Source of the DNA: a virus
Lineage: Duplodnaviria > Caudoviricetes
IMG/VR virus record: IMGVR_UViG_2854078061_000001
Span: 32,001 to 96,000 of that record
Reading direction: 5' to 3' (one strand)
Length of the DNA: 64,000 bases
The position numbers and the translations under genes were made by a program. Positions 1 to 9,420 of this stretch are shown in pieces; the stretch's first letter is position 1; each line of letters begins with the position of its first letter. The notes under the pieces were generated by a model. That model ran no database searches. It was not told the origin of the DNA and saw nothing but the letters and a program-made list of their open reading frames with translations.

Positions 1-160
1 ATTCTCGCCGCATCTCGCTTATCGCTCGTCTCGGCTTCGAATCGGTTTGTTTGCCAGCGATTGCGTAATTGAGTTTGAGTTCGAATTAGGAATGAATTAT
101 TGTTGCAAGCGAAAGAATGAATCAGTGATTAAGTTTTCAACATTTTGAACAAGTGAGTTT

Positions 161-427
161 TCAACAATTCGGAATCTCAGTAACGACCTGAATCATCTTG
201 ATTGAAGTCGGAATGAAGATTCGTCCTTGCAGCATGTTCATAAAAGTAAGCGTCTGAAGCAGATCGAACCAGTGCGAACTCTGTTCAGCAGGTGCCGCAT
301 TCAAATCAGCGATCAGGCTCTCCACAACCTTATCGTCAAGGAAATCGAGCTGCGTACATGCTTCGCCGCGCTCATAGCTGGTTCCGATCTTAACTTTTGC
401 ATCGTATGTAATCTGTACTGACTTCAT
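161..427 (-). CDS. hypothetical phage protein (88 aa), paralog of adjacent gene
   Basis: ATG at 427 with AAGGAG RBS; TGA stop; resembles 492..773. Confidence 0.7.
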   Translation of the reverse strand: MKSVQITYDAKVKIGTSYERGEACTQLDFLDDKVVESLIADLNAAPAEQSSHWFDLLQTLTFMNMLQGRIFIPTSIKMIQVVTEIPNC

Positions 428-445
428 ACTGTTACGCTCCTTTTT

Positions 446-474
446 ATTATACAACCGTTTGGGGTTTTGCTCAA
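446..474 (-). promoter_or_regulatory. sigma70/sigmaA-type promoter
   Basis: TTGAGC-17 nt-TATAAT on minus strand just upstream of the 427 start. Confidence 0.55.
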
Positions 475-491
475 CAACTAACAGGCGTTGA

Positions 492-773
492 TTAGTCGCC
501 ATTTTCTTCTGAGTCAACGATCTCAACGCTCTCGATGGAGTTCGGCACGTACATGCGCTTTCTGAATCGCTCCATGGTCTCAAGCGCCGTCTCAAGGTGA
601 ATCATCACACCATGCTGCTCTTTTGATCGCTTCTTATACTCTGTATCAATGGCAGCACACAGCGTATCGACCACATCATTTGGCACAGATTCGAACTGGT
701 AAGTAGCCTTCTTATAATCGAGCCGCGTGCTTGTTGCGATTGCTGCACGATATGTTACTTTGATCGTATACAA
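492..773 (-). CDS. hypothetical phage protein
   Basis: Probable TTG start with AGAGGGG RBS; TAA stop. Confidence 0.65.
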   Translation of the reverse strand: MYTIKVTYRAAIATSTRLDYKKATYQFESVPNDVVDTLCAAIDTEYKKRSKEQHGVMIHLETALETMERFRKRMYVPNSIESVEIVDSEENGD

Positions 774-786
774 ATTAACACCCCTC

Positions 787-1161
787 TTATTGCGCCGCTC
801 GTTCACACAGAATCGCGGCCGCTTCTTTCAAAATACAGACACCGGTTGCACAGCTTGCTGTATTGATTCCATGCTGGCGATACAGGTTCCAGAGTCCGCC
901 GTATGTAGGAATTGCATCGGACCCGAGACGGCGAAATCCAGCCGCATTGTCCCAGGTCGAAATCGGTGTGTTATTGAACAGGCGATCATTTTTGTACTTC
1001 GGAATCAGATAGTCAATCTCGAACGGGATGTACGGTTTGACCGCATCCAGACCGCCCAGATAATCGATGTAGCGAGTGAAGCGCTCACGATGACTGAGTG
1101 TTTTGCCAGTGGCCTTATCGATGTTGCATTGATGGATTCCTGTTGCTTCACTGATGGTCAT
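787..1161 (-). CDS. hypothetical phage protein (124 aa)
   Basis: ORF with AAGGAGG RBS in a tightly packed minus-strand operon. Confidence 0.75.
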   Translation of the reverse strand: MTISEATGIHQCNIDKATGKTLSHRERFTRYIDYLGGLDAVKPYIPFEIDYLIPKYKNDRLFNNTPISTWDNAAGFRRLGSDAIPTYGGLWNLYRQHGINTASCATGVCILKEAAAILCERAAQ

Positions 1162-1183
1162 CGCTGCGTTGCCTCCTTACTTG

Positions 1184-1450
1184 TTACTCTTCGAGTGTGA
1201 TATCATCGTGGCCAGCGTCTTCAAGCGGCTCATCTGTTGCCAGCGCAATGATTTCTTCCATGTTATTTTCGATCAGATATTTCCAATCTTCCAGCCGCTG
1301 ATTGATAATCTGTGTTGCCTGAACAATGACTGCATCTGGTGTGATGCACTCACAGTTGCATTTCAGAGCTAAGATCAGGTCATCAAATGTGACAGGATCG
1401 AGAATCGTATCGCTGGGAATCATGTCCTTACCGAGTTTCCAGTCAGACAT
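1184..1450 (-). CDS. hypothetical acidic phage protein
   Basis: ATG 1450 (MSDWKLG) with GAAAGGAG RBS. Confidence 0.7.
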   Translation of the reverse strand: MSDWKLGKDMIPSDTILDPVTFDDLILALKCNCECITPDAVIVQATQIINQRLEDWKYLIENNMEEIIALATDEPLEDAGHDDITLEE

Positions 1451-1481
1451 CTTGCGGGTCTCCTTTCTGCGCCAACGGCAC

Positions 1482-1709
1482 TTATACCTGTGGCGTATTA
1501 CCACTCATAACGCAGGTATCATTGAATACATCGAATCCGTGCTTATCAATAATACTAAGTAATGCAACAGTATAATCAGTGCCAAAATTTTCAACCAGAC
1601 TCATATCAATGTCTTCTGCTAGATAGTTTTTCTTTGATGTGAACAGCCATTTCCCCTTATTGTTCCAGAGAATATGGTTATTTAATGTCCAACTACATTT
1701 TTGACACAT
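1482..1709 (-). CDS. hypothetical phage protein
   Basis: ATG 1709 (MCQKCSW) with AGGAG RBS. Confidence 0.6.
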   Translation of the reverse strand: MCQKCSWTLNNHILWNNKGKWLFTSKKNYLAEDIDMSLVENFGTDYTVALLSIIDKHGFDVFNDTCVMSGNTPQV

Positions 1710-1710
1710 A

Positions 1711-2025
1711 TCAGAATCTCCTGAACTGTACAAACTTACCGTCAGCGTAGCAAGGAGAGTAACACTGAATTCTTGTACCGTATCGCTCAAGGAATGCGTT
1801 TACAAAAACAGGTTCGCCCTGAAGAATTACAGCTTCCGGTTTCATGGTCATAACTGTATCAGCCGTATCCCATGCAAGAACTCTGACTCGGACAGAGGAA
1901 TCAGTCGGCACGATAATAGGTAGCGCACAATCATGAAGAGTGCCATCTGTACACAGCTTGCGAGCTGCATCGAGCTGGGCATTGGACCATTGGGCGATAG
2001 AAAGTTCAGTCATGTTGAGAACCAT
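1711..2025 (-). CDS. hypothetical phage protein (104 aa)
   Basis: ORF with RBS; operon packing. Confidence 0.7.
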   Translation of the reverse strand: MVLNMTELSIAQWSNAQLDAARKLCTDGTLHDCALPIIVPTDSSVRVRVLAWDTADTVMTMKPEAVILQGEPVFVNAFLERYGTRIQCYSPCYADGKFVQFRRF

Positions 2026-2041
2026 TGCTACGTTTGCCCCC

Positions 2042-2386
2042 TTATTCTTTTACTGATAGTTCTTTTGCCATGATTCTTTCGCGCATTTCGGCTCCAGTTG
2101 AGGAAATGCAATCGCGAGTAAGAACCCATACATCTTCTTCGCCGCAGATTTCGGCAGGCTCTTTGAATAAGCGAATGGATTCGTCTGGCTTTTTACCACC
2201 AAAGATTTCCTTCTTAGCCGCATCTGTGATACAAGGATCATTGTAGATGTTATGCCACCATTTTTCTTGTTTTTTAAGATACTCAAGTGCTCGTTCTTCA
2301 GTAGCAAAAAGATCGTAATGAAACTTGTCGTCGTGAATAGTTTCGTCACGGTCTTCATGGGACATAAAAATTCCCCAAACGAACAT
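2042..2386 (-). CDS. hypothetical phage protein
   Basis: ATG 2386 (MFVWGIF) with GAAAGGAGG RBS. Confidence 0.7.
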   Translation of the reverse strand: MFVWGIFMSHEDRDETIHDDKFHYDLFATEERALEYLKKQEKWWHNIYNDPCITDAAKKEIFGGKKPDESIRLFKEPAEICGEEDVWVLTRDCISSTGAEMRERIMAKELSVKE

Positions 2387-2402
2387 ACTGCGCCGCCTCC
2401 TT

Positions 2403-2594
2403 TCATTCCATTTCGATTGTGACACTGTTATATTCAGGTGTTCGATACATCACATTAGCTTCCCACATCTTGGCACAATCATAGCTGGCGAATGCACGAC
2501 GGACCACTTTGAGCGGGATTTTTCCATTGTTGTCGGCATAGAATGTGATCTTGTAATGCTGGAGCTGATAGCCAGCGTCTGCATAGTCAGTCAT
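2403..2594 (-). CDS. hypothetical phage protein
   Basis: ATG 2594 (MTDYAD) with AAGAGG RBS. Confidence 0.6.
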   Translation of the reverse strand: MTDYADAGYQLQHYKITFYADNNGKIPLKVVRRAFASYDCAKMWEANVMYRTPEYNSVTIEME

Positions 2595-2792
2595 AGTACG
2601 AAACCTCTTTTCATTTTGATACGTTAGTAAATGGATGTGGTTACGTCTGCCTCGGTACCACCAGTCGCCCGACATGGGCTCCGCAGTTTGTTGCTCCGAT
2701 TTTTACCAGAGCGCCACCGCAAAGCATTTATTATAAATCTGATTAAAATTCACTGTTATGTATTGTGCGCCGCTATAAGTAGCGCCGCCGGA

Positions 2793-3239
2793 TTACTCCT
2801 GTGCGCCGCTCGACTGTGCACCACCTGCTTTTGCAGCGCCGACCTGCTTCGGGGTTGGCACCTTGAACCGAACCATAATGGTGGCGGGACGGGCATCGGG
2901 AATCTGATTGGTGCGGGCCTTATAAAGCTCTCGGTCTTTCATCTTCTTCACCAACTCCCGCGTGGCTTCCTTGGACAGCGGCTCGACCAGGGGCTTCTCT
3001 TCCACCTTGGTGATGGTGGCATCGAAATTCGCAACACGGAAACAGCCCTGCTTGTGAGTCTGAAGACGCGGAATTTCAACCGGCTCCAGGTAATCCATGT
3101 TCAGATTCAACCTGCACACTTCTTTCTCAGTGAACAGTTCATCTGCGATATAGATCGACCACTTCTCTTCGCGGTCCCGCCTCTTTCCCATATACATGGG
3201 CTTGTTGTTGGCTTCCTTTTTGGTACGATAGTACAGCAT
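2793..3239 (-). CDS. hypothetical basic phage protein
   Basis: ATG 3239 (MLYYRTKK) with AGAGGT RBS. Confidence 0.7.
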   Translation of the reverse strand: MLYYRTKKEANNKPMYMGKRRDREEKWSIYIADELFTEKEVCRLNLNMDYLEPVEIPRLQTHKQGCFRVANFDATITKVEEKPLVEPLSKEATRELVKKMKDRELYKARTNQIPDARPATIMVRFKVPTPKQVGAAKAGGAQSSGAQE

Positions 3240-3288
3240 TTTTATTACCTCTTTCACTTTTTTGCGTTTATGTATTACTGCGTGCCGC

Positions 3289-3522
3289 TTAGACGACCAC
3301 AGCAATTAACAGAGTCAGAGCGATCGAGATGAGAAAGAAATTGCGAATCGTTTCAGTCATTTCGATCGGATCTACGGTATCAAACCAGCGTGCCAGGGTG
3401 TCGATCACCTGATTGTAGCGGCGGAAACACCCCAGATAATACAGGCCGGTTCCGATTTGCTGGAGTGCGCCAACCAGAAGTAACATGGCGGCGAACACCC
3501 AGACAATAGGATGCTCAGACAA
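3289..3522 (-). CDS. small membrane protein (2 predicted TM segments)
   Basis: Hydrophobic N- and C-terminal stretches; AAGGAGG RBS. Confidence 0.65.
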   Translation of the reverse strand: MSEHPIVWVFAAMLLLVGALQQIGTGLYYLGCFRRYNQVIDTLARWFDTVDPIEMTETIRNFFLISIALTLLIAVVV

Positions 3523-3709
3523 TCAAATCACCCTCCTTTACTGTGAATGGCAGAGTCAGAATGTGAAACTGCAATTCGATTTGAACACGCGGCCGGAGTC
3601 TGCTATAGGGCAGGAAGTACGGGTCAGCCAATTCGATGCGGCGCTTATGACGACGCTCTTGGGACTGCATCCAGGTGGAATCCGTGTCACTAAGGTATGT
3701 TGCGAACAT
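3515..3709 (-). CDS. hypothetical phage protein
   Basis: ORF with GAAAGGAG RBS. Confidence 0.55.
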   Translation of the reverse strand: MFATYLSDTDSTWMQSQERRHKRRIELADPYFLPYSRLRPRVQIELQFHILTLPFTVKEGDLIV

Positions 3710-3768
3710 AATTCATATTGCTCCTTTCGATTGCTACGCTGCGGCGCTTCTTACGGCTGCTGCGGCAC

Positions 3769-3999
3769 TTATACTCTTGTGAATTCGTCCAGATAATAAC
3801 GAGAGCCATGCATAATGAAATACGCATGACCCTTGTTCGTCTGATAGATTTTGTGGCGGCCAGCCTGCTTGCGGCGCTCACCATTGTTGATTGCGACTTC
3901 GACACACGCTTCTTCAATCGCTGTGATCTCAAGCCCGCCCCAGTTGTTGAGCGGATACACGGCGATCGCGTGTTTCTCTGGGGGAAAAACGTCTCTCAT
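3769..3999 (-). CDS. hypothetical phage protein (76 aa)
   Basis: ORF with GAGGT RBS. Confidence 0.65.
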   Translation of the reverse strand: MRDVFPPEKHAIAVYPLNNWGGLEITAIEEACVEVAINNGERRKQAGRHKIYQTNKGHAYFIMHGSRYYLDEFTRV

Positions 4000-4324
4000 A
4001 ATTCAACCTCGCTTTCTTGCTGAATAGAGATTTTGTCAGCGGAATCATATCAGGACTTTCAAACACGATAAATCCACCCAGATTATTGATAGATGCAACC
4101 AGCAGACCATATTTTTCAATGATGAGCCAATTCAGACTGTTCGGATTGTACGGTCGAAATGGTTTCGCATCAGGAAATCCCGCCCTCGCATCACTGAAAA
4201 ACTGCGGGGTCAACTCTTTCGTATCCAAATTTACGACACGAATCGGCGTGAGAGTTTCGCTTTCCGGGTCCAGCACAACGGCGCACAATCTGTCATGCAT
4301 CTGATAGATCTCTGACAAAATCAT
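3929..4324 (-). CDS. hypothetical phage protein
   Basis: GAGGAGG RBS; 3' end overlaps the next gene by 71 nt. Confidence 0.6.
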   Translation of the reverse strand: MILSEIYQMHDRLCAVVLDPESETLTPIRVVNLDTKELTPQFFSDARAGFPDAKPFRPYNPNSLNWLIIEKYGLLVASINNLGGFIVFESPDMIPLTKSLFSKKARLNYERRFSPRETRDRRVSAQQLGRA

Positions 4325-4353
4325 TAGAAAGTGTCCTCCTCTTCCCAGTCGGC

Positions 4354-4842
4354 TTACAGCTTGCTGCTCATAATGCCCATCACAGGGATACGCTGACCTT
4401 CGCTCTGTTCGTACACATGAGCTTCGGTTGCGTGGTGATTGCCAACTTCACGCTTGGCGACCTCAAAGTTCTTCTCAGCCTCGGCGTAACTCTTGAAGGG
4501 GTATTCCATTTCGCCCATAATGGGATTATTCCATTTGATGACGAGAACGTAAGGTGCTTCAGCAATCACCTGCTTGTGGAGAGCCTGCTCATTAGGTTGC
4601 ACGAATCGGTCAGCTGATACTACACGCTTCCGAGCATCTTCCTTAGTATCACGTCCCGTCTGCTTAACTTGTTCTGCTTTAAGATTCATCAAACGAGTGA
4701 GCTCTTTTGCCGTTCCCCATGCGTTATCAACCATCGCCTGAGTCTCTTTAATATTGAGTAGACGGTGCATCACACATGCTTTTTCATAGTCAGCAAGTGC
4801 ACCTTTACGAGCATATTCAAGAATAGTCAGAACATCCAGCAT
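4354..4842 (-). CDS. hypothetical phage protein (162 aa)
   Basis: ORF with GAGAGGT RBS. Confidence 0.7.
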   Translation of the reverse strand: MLDVLTILEYARKGALADYEKACVMHRLLNIKETQAMVDNAWGTAKELTRLMNLKAEQVKQTGRDTKEDARKRVVSADRFVQPNEQALHKQVIAEAPYVLVIKWNNPIMGEMEYPFKSYAEAEKNFEVAKREVGNHHATEAHVYEQSEGQRIPVMGIMSSKL

Positions 4843-4902
4843 TTTTGTTTACCTCTCTTTTTGTTTTATCAATTGGCAGCAAATGCCGCCAGATCATCAT
4901 AT

Positions 4903-5310
4903 TCAATCTTTCTCAGCAGTGCAGTCGCACCACAGAATATCTTCGATGATGTCATCGTCGATATCATCGGGAGTATCATTGCAATTCATAATGAGGGTCA
5001 AGTTTTGATTTACAGGCGGCACTTCACTGCCCAGTTCGTAAGCATAGATCCATGTCTCGCCGCATTCGTCCTCAATCGTACAGTACAACAGGGTGCTTTC
5101 GTTGTCGTGCAAATCAAGACCAGTAATCACATCATATCGAGTAACCATGCCAGTCAGGATGTAATGACCATTCAGACCAGGTTTGAGACCATCGATGCTT
5201 GCAGTGGCGGCACTTGCAGTGGGAACCGGCAGGGCAAAGATTGCGGCCATCAGAAAGACAGCGGCAACTGTCACTGCCATGGACTTCAGCGATTTCAGAA
5301 TGAATTTCAT
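4903..5310 (-). CDS. putative secreted/surface protein
   Basis: Signal-peptide-like N-terminus (basic residues, hydrophobic core, A-S-A motif). Confidence 0.7.
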   Translation of the reverse strand: MKFILKSLKSMAVTVAAVFLMAAIFALPVPTASAATASIDGLKPGLNGHYILTGMVTRYDVITGLDLHDNESTLLYCTIEDECGETWIYAYELGSEVPPVNQNLTLIMNCNDTPDDIDDDIIEDILWCDCTAEKD

Positions 5311-5358
5311 AACGATATACCTCTTTCTTTTTTGTGGTTTATATTCGAACAGCGGCGC

Positions 5359-5475
5359 TTAGTGATGGCGTGCTGCCCGGAGAAAATCATGCCAGATAGA
5401 CTGCGCTACGATTGCCAGAGCGACACCAACGATGATGCCGCAAGCGAAAATGAATTCAGTGCTAAAGTAATCCAT
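5359..5475 (-). CDS. small single-pass membrane protein (38 aa)
   Basis: MDYFSTEFIFACGIIVGVALAIVAQSIWHDFLRAARHH with AAGGAG RBS; below ORF-track cutoff. Confidence 0.55.
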   Translation of the reverse strand: MDYFSTEFIFACGIIVGVALAIVAQSIWHDFLRAARHH

Positions 5476-5500
5476 AATGATTCTCCTTTTCGTTTGATAC

Positions 5501-5689
5501 TCAAATCTGGTTTACGGTTTCGATGACATAATCATCGTAATTATTGCCGAACGTAACGTATGCGTCCGGGCTGCACTTGGACAGAGCTTCCATCAGCTCT
5601 GCAACAGTCATGCTCGTGGTTTTGTGCTCGACGATATCAAGCAGAGCGTAACCGGCGTGGTTTTCGCCGTTGATTCTGACGAATTTCAT
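5501..5689 (-). CDS. hypothetical phage protein (62 aa)
   Basis: GAAAGGAG RBS; MTVxELxxxL motif common in small phage proteins. Confidence 0.65.
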   Translation of the reverse strand: MKFVRINGENHAGYALLDIVEHKTTSMTVAELMEALSKCSPDAYVTFGNNYDDYVIETVNQI

Positions 5690-5853
5690 TTTGTTGAGCT
5701 CCTTTCAATTTTTGTTTTATTGTGGTTACGGTTACGTCTGCCCTGGTACCGTAAATCGCCCAGCATTTTGGACAAGGAAAAGAGGTAAAAAGAAAACGCC
5801 GAACGAATTCGCTCCGATACCGCCAGAGGAATTCATCGACGTTTTGGCATAAG

Positions 5854-5890
5854 AAAAAGCCCCACGAGCTGTGATACTCATAGGGCTTTC
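5854..5890. terminator. intrinsic terminator (probably bidirectional)
   Basis: AAAAAGCCC...GGGCTTT hairpin flanked by A/T runs. Confidence 0.6.
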
Positions 5891-5905
5891 GTTTGGAATC
5901 TGGAT

Positions 5906-6334
5906 TTATTTTACTTCGATATAGAAATTCTCGATAACCATTGTAATAGAAACACCATCGTATTTATTTGCTGAAAACGTTATTCCGTTTATATTTTCAG
6001 AACAAATTTCGTCAAACTTCTTTTGTTCCACTTTTGAAAACGAAATGCCATCTTCATCTGTCGCAATGTAATACGTTTCAAAACCAAACCAAGGACTTGA
6101 TTCGTTTTCCATAGCTAGTTTTATCAAGTATGGTTGACATTCAATTCCTACAGACTTGCATTTTTGAATATGCTCATCTGATTTCGTCTTGAAAAAAGCA
6201 TTCAATTTCATAATGGTTTGTATGGCTTTCGGATTCACCATAAAGGATTTACCATTGGCGCACACTTTTTCGAGCTTTCCTATATCTTGGAGCCATTTAC
6301 AGAAATCATCATTCTGCTTTTCGATCCAATCCAT
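5906..6334 (-). CDS. hypothetical AT-rich moron-like protein
   Basis: ORF with own extended -10 (TGATATAAT) upstream and terminator downstream. Confidence 0.65.
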   Translation of the reverse strand: MDWIEKQNDDFCKWLQDIGKLEKVCANGKSFMVNPKAIQTIMKLNAFFKTKSDEHIQKCKSVGIECQPYLIKLAMENESSPWFGFETYYIATDEDGISFSKVEQKKFDEICSENINGITFSANKYDGVSITMVIENFYIEVK

Positions 6335-6534
6335 AACATAGTACCCCTTTCATTGGACTTGGGTTTCGTTGGGGCTATTATATCATGGATTCATCCTGGA
6401 TTCCAGTTCAGATTTGTTGGTTATCCACCCTCGCCGCGTGGAGGCTCTGATATTGAGGGCAAAGCAGTTTAACGTCATGCTCGGGACATCGGTTATTATT
6501 TTTGATTTCATTGTAGCGCGACTCCCCTTTTCGC

Positions 6535-6852
6535 TTACTCGCGATTCACTCTGACATCGTAAATCGAATTCTGACCGCCCCAATTTTCGGCAATCAAGGT
6601 GTACTTGTGCCTAGAGCGGACGTTCTTAGGACAACCACGAAAAATCATGTGCGGGTCCAGACGATTGATCTCAGCTAACACCGCAGGATGATGGATGGCT
6701 TTCATAGTCTTACCGGAAATGGGCTTACCGGTTTTGACTTCATCGCTGAACGGAATGTGCCACCCGTCTTCAGTGATTTCAAAATCGGTGTTCACGATGG
6801 TCAGAGCACGCCACGATATTGCAACGCGCTTTTTAACAGTCTTCTTTTTCAT
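6535..6852 (-). CDS. hypothetical basic phage protein
   Basis: ORF with GGAG RBS. Confidence 0.65.
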   Translation of the reverse strand: MKKKTVKKRVAISWRALTIVNTDFEITEDGWHIPFSDEVKTGKPISGKTMKAIHHPAVLAEINRLDPHMIFRGCPKNVRSRHKYTLIAENWGGQNSIYDVRVNRE

Positions 6853-6867
6853 TTCTTATACTCCATT

Positions 6868-7263
6868 TCAATCGAACTCAATTTCATCCATACTTGCGAT
6901 AGCTTCCATACGGTCATTGTAAGACCGAATCAATTCTTTCCAGTTAGCGGGCAGACCATCGGTGCACAGATAGCACTTCTCACGCTTCCAGTCGTACCAA
7001 TCGAGTCTGACACCGAACTCTGACAAATCGAGGCAGTCACCAAATAAGCTGGTGGAAATCTTGCCGTCGAAGAAAAGGTTACTCCACGAGTTAACCGCAT
7101 AGGTGCGAGAGCTCTCATGGAAAATTTTCTTCCAGTTGCTTGCATCATACACAATGTAGGCGGTCAAGGGTCTTGCGCTTGAGGTTGCGATGTGATTGTA
7201 CTCACGGAACAGGGCTATTATGTCGCCCCATTCCATCGGAATTGCGTTTTCGATTGCATTCAT
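6868..7263 (-). CDS. hypothetical phage protein
   Basis: Probable start 7263 (MNAIENA) after AGAAAGGA; Trp-rich with no internal TAG. Confidence 0.7.
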   Translation of the reverse strand: MNAIENAIPMEWGDIIALFREYNHIATSSARPLTAYIVYDASNWKKIFHESSRTYAVNSWSNLFFDGKISTSLFGDCLDLSEFGVRLDWYDWKREKCYLCTDGLPANWKELIRSYNDRMEAIASMDEIEFD

Positions 7264-7394
7264 ACTGCTGTGCATCCTTTCTTTCGCACTACTTCCGTTC
7301 ATTTCTGTAATGCGACCGGGACCCCGAAGGGCCCCACGCACTGAGCCTAACGCCTTTTTATAGCCGCTCAGTCGGCTTTTCATAGCGATTGCGA

Positions 7395-8303
7395 TTACTT
7401 GCCAAAGCTGAAGGTGTAGTCGGCATGATAATCATGTTCGCCCTTTTCATCGACATGGCTTGCGATGTTCCACATCATGTTCATAATTGCTTGAGTCATT
7501 TCCGTTCCGCCCATCACATGAGTGTCACGAGCGTTCTTACCAGCTCCGGACTTACGGTTCATAATGAACTTAAGCTCATGGCTGGTTGCCTTGATGGCAT
7601 TAACGGTTTCGCCCTTCTTGTTTTCAACAGGGATCATCAGAATGGCATCGAAAATGCTCTGGATATCAGTGATGAGGTCATTGTTGCTTACAGTTGCGCC
7701 GGCCTTCATCTTTTCAACAGACTTCAGGACGAGCTGCCCGCTTTCCTTCTTTTCAGCATACGCCTCATTAAACTCTTTCTGCTCTTCGGCGCTCATGGTA
7801 TGCTCTGCCATGGTGTCCATGCTGATTACACGGGCAAACTCATTGCAGGCGAAGGGCCAGCTTGCGTTATTGAACTTTGCGGTCGTAAAGCGGGTAAATT
7901 CAATGAGATTCAGAACGTTGCGCTTATCAACGGTTGCATCATTGATTTCAACACCAATCATGCCAGTGTCGCGATCAACGACTTCTTTCACACGCTTACA
8001 CTTGAGATAGCCGTATTCGACAGCCGCTTTCATGGGGTTTTCACTTTCAGCCAGCTCAGCGTAAACGGCCATCTTGTACGAACCATTGTAGCCAGCCAGT
8101 GCCAGGTTGACGCGTCCCAGCTTATCTTTGATTGCGTCGTAGTCTTTCGTGTTGACTACAGCCTTGTACTCATCGACAGCCAGCTCCAGAGCCAGCAGCT
8201 TGCGACTTGCGTCAGCCTTCCACTCTTCAGCGGTCTGAGGAGCTTTCGTTTCGACTTTGGTCTCAGTTTCGGGCGTGGTGTTCATAGTAGTAGTGGTTTC
8301 CAT
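7395..8303 (-). CDS. hypothetical phage protein (302 aa), codon usage of a highly expressed gene
   Basis: Long clean ORF; GAGAGGT RBS. Confidence 0.8.
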   Translation of the reverse strand: METTTTMNTTPETETKVETKAPQTAEEWKADASRKLLALELAVDEYKAVVNTKDYDAIKDKLGRVNLALAGYNGSYKMAVYAELAESENPMKAAVEYGYLKCKRVKEVVDRDTGMIGVEINDATVDKRNVLNLIEFTRFTTAKFNNASWPFACNEFARVISMDTMAEHTMSAEEQKEFNEAYAEKKESGQLVLKSVEKMKAGATVSNNDLITDIQSIFDAILMIPVENKKGETVNAIKATSHELKFIMNRKSGAGKNARDTHVMGGTEMTQAIMNMMWNIASHVDEKGEHDYHADYTFSFGK

Positions 8304-8384
8304 AAGTTTTACCTCTCGTTTGATATGTTTTGCGCCACCTTGCAGAATCGAACTGCAATCATTTGAACCACTTCAGTGACATAT

Positions 8385-8418
8385 AAAAAGCCCTCTGACG
8401 TTGCCGCCGGAGGGCTAT
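8385..8418 (-). terminator. intrinsic terminator
   Basis: AGCCCTC...GAGGGCT hairpin with A run on plus strand (U tail on minus). Confidence 0.55.
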
Positions 8419-8986
8419 ATATCAAACAAGGCCAGCTTGCGCCAGTCTTATGTAATATCGCTAAAATCACCACACAATCAATTTCGATATCGTTTCAATC
8501 ATTGCTTGCGAATACTTTGAATCCATAGTCCCGGAGGGGCCATAGAGCAACGATTTTCATTGACGGAGCCAATTCAATCAATCACTTGCATTGATTTCAA
8601 TTCTATCTCCATTCATTGCGTTTGCAGTACGCTCTCTTGCACCTTTAATACCAGCGCCGACTAAAGCACTATCGGCCGCAGGTGTAGTTAGATGCCCCCA
8701 GTCAGGGCTTGCGTTTAGGCTTGCATTCCTGTTGGAGCTTACGATTATATCCATTGGTAGCCGTTTTTCAGGTCACTTTCATGGTGCCATTTCCTGCATC
8801 ACATAGTCGGTCGCTTTCACATTCTCGCAACTTTTGCGAATGTGTTCATGTGGGCGGCGATTCCCGACACCAACGGCCCATAATTTCTTTTGGGCCAACA
8901 TCGTCCAGCGCATTATAGGATTCACTGGATTTTCCTGTTCTTGGCATCCGTTCCGTTTTGTCCGGTGCTGTTGAACTTGTTGCCGC

Positions 8987-9190
8987 CGCTGTTGTGCGGC
9001 GTTTCTGTTGTTACCCCGTGGGGAACGGCGTTTGTAACAAGTTTTGAAAATTTTCTTTTGGATTTTTTTCGGCGCTTGTTGTTGTGCCGTGTCCCCGTGT
9101 CGCTGTTGTGCGGCGGGGTTTTTGTCGTGCGGCGTTTGTTGTTGTGCCGTGCGGCGTTTATACCCCGTGGGGAAACACGTTTGTAACAAA
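8987..9190. repeat. cluster of direct repeats and short palindromes in non-coding DNA
   Basis: TACCCCGTGGGGAA at 9012 and 9161, each followed by CGTTTGTAACAA; CGCTGTTGTGCGGCG at 8987 and 9101; TTGTTGTTGTGCCGTG at 9076 and 9136. Confidence 0.75.
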
Positions 9191-9384
9191 ATCAGAAAAA
9201 ATTTTTTGAAAAAATTTTCGGCGCTTTATTATAGGTGTATTTTTTGGCGATACCCTGTTGAAAAGTGTGCATTGTAGGGCGGCTGTAAAGCCCTGTAAAG
9301 CGTGTAAAGGCGGCTGGAATGGTAGGATATAGGGCAAAAGAAAAAGCCGCATAAAGCCTCAAAAAGGGCGATATACGGCGGGCA

Positions 9385-9412
9385 AAAGAAAAGCCGCCCA
9401 CGGCGGGCGGCT
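9385..9412 (-). terminator. intrinsic terminator of the 530-aa gene
   Basis: AGCCGCCC-ACGGC-GGGCGGCT hairpin with A run on plus strand. Confidence 0.6.
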
Positions 9413-9420
9413 GGAGATTC

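Noticed and set aside
4903-4935. CxC near the C-terminus of the secreted protein (WCDCTAEKD) as an eighth tag
   Set aside because: Lacks the terminal LL and lies in a different operon; likely coincidental.
7389-8366. 325-aa plus-strand ORF
   Set aside because: Antisense shadow of the 7395-8303 gene, which has the RBS and operon context.
8950-9310. CRISPR array
   Set aside because: Only two copies of each unit, irregular spacing, no unique spacers, no cas genes.
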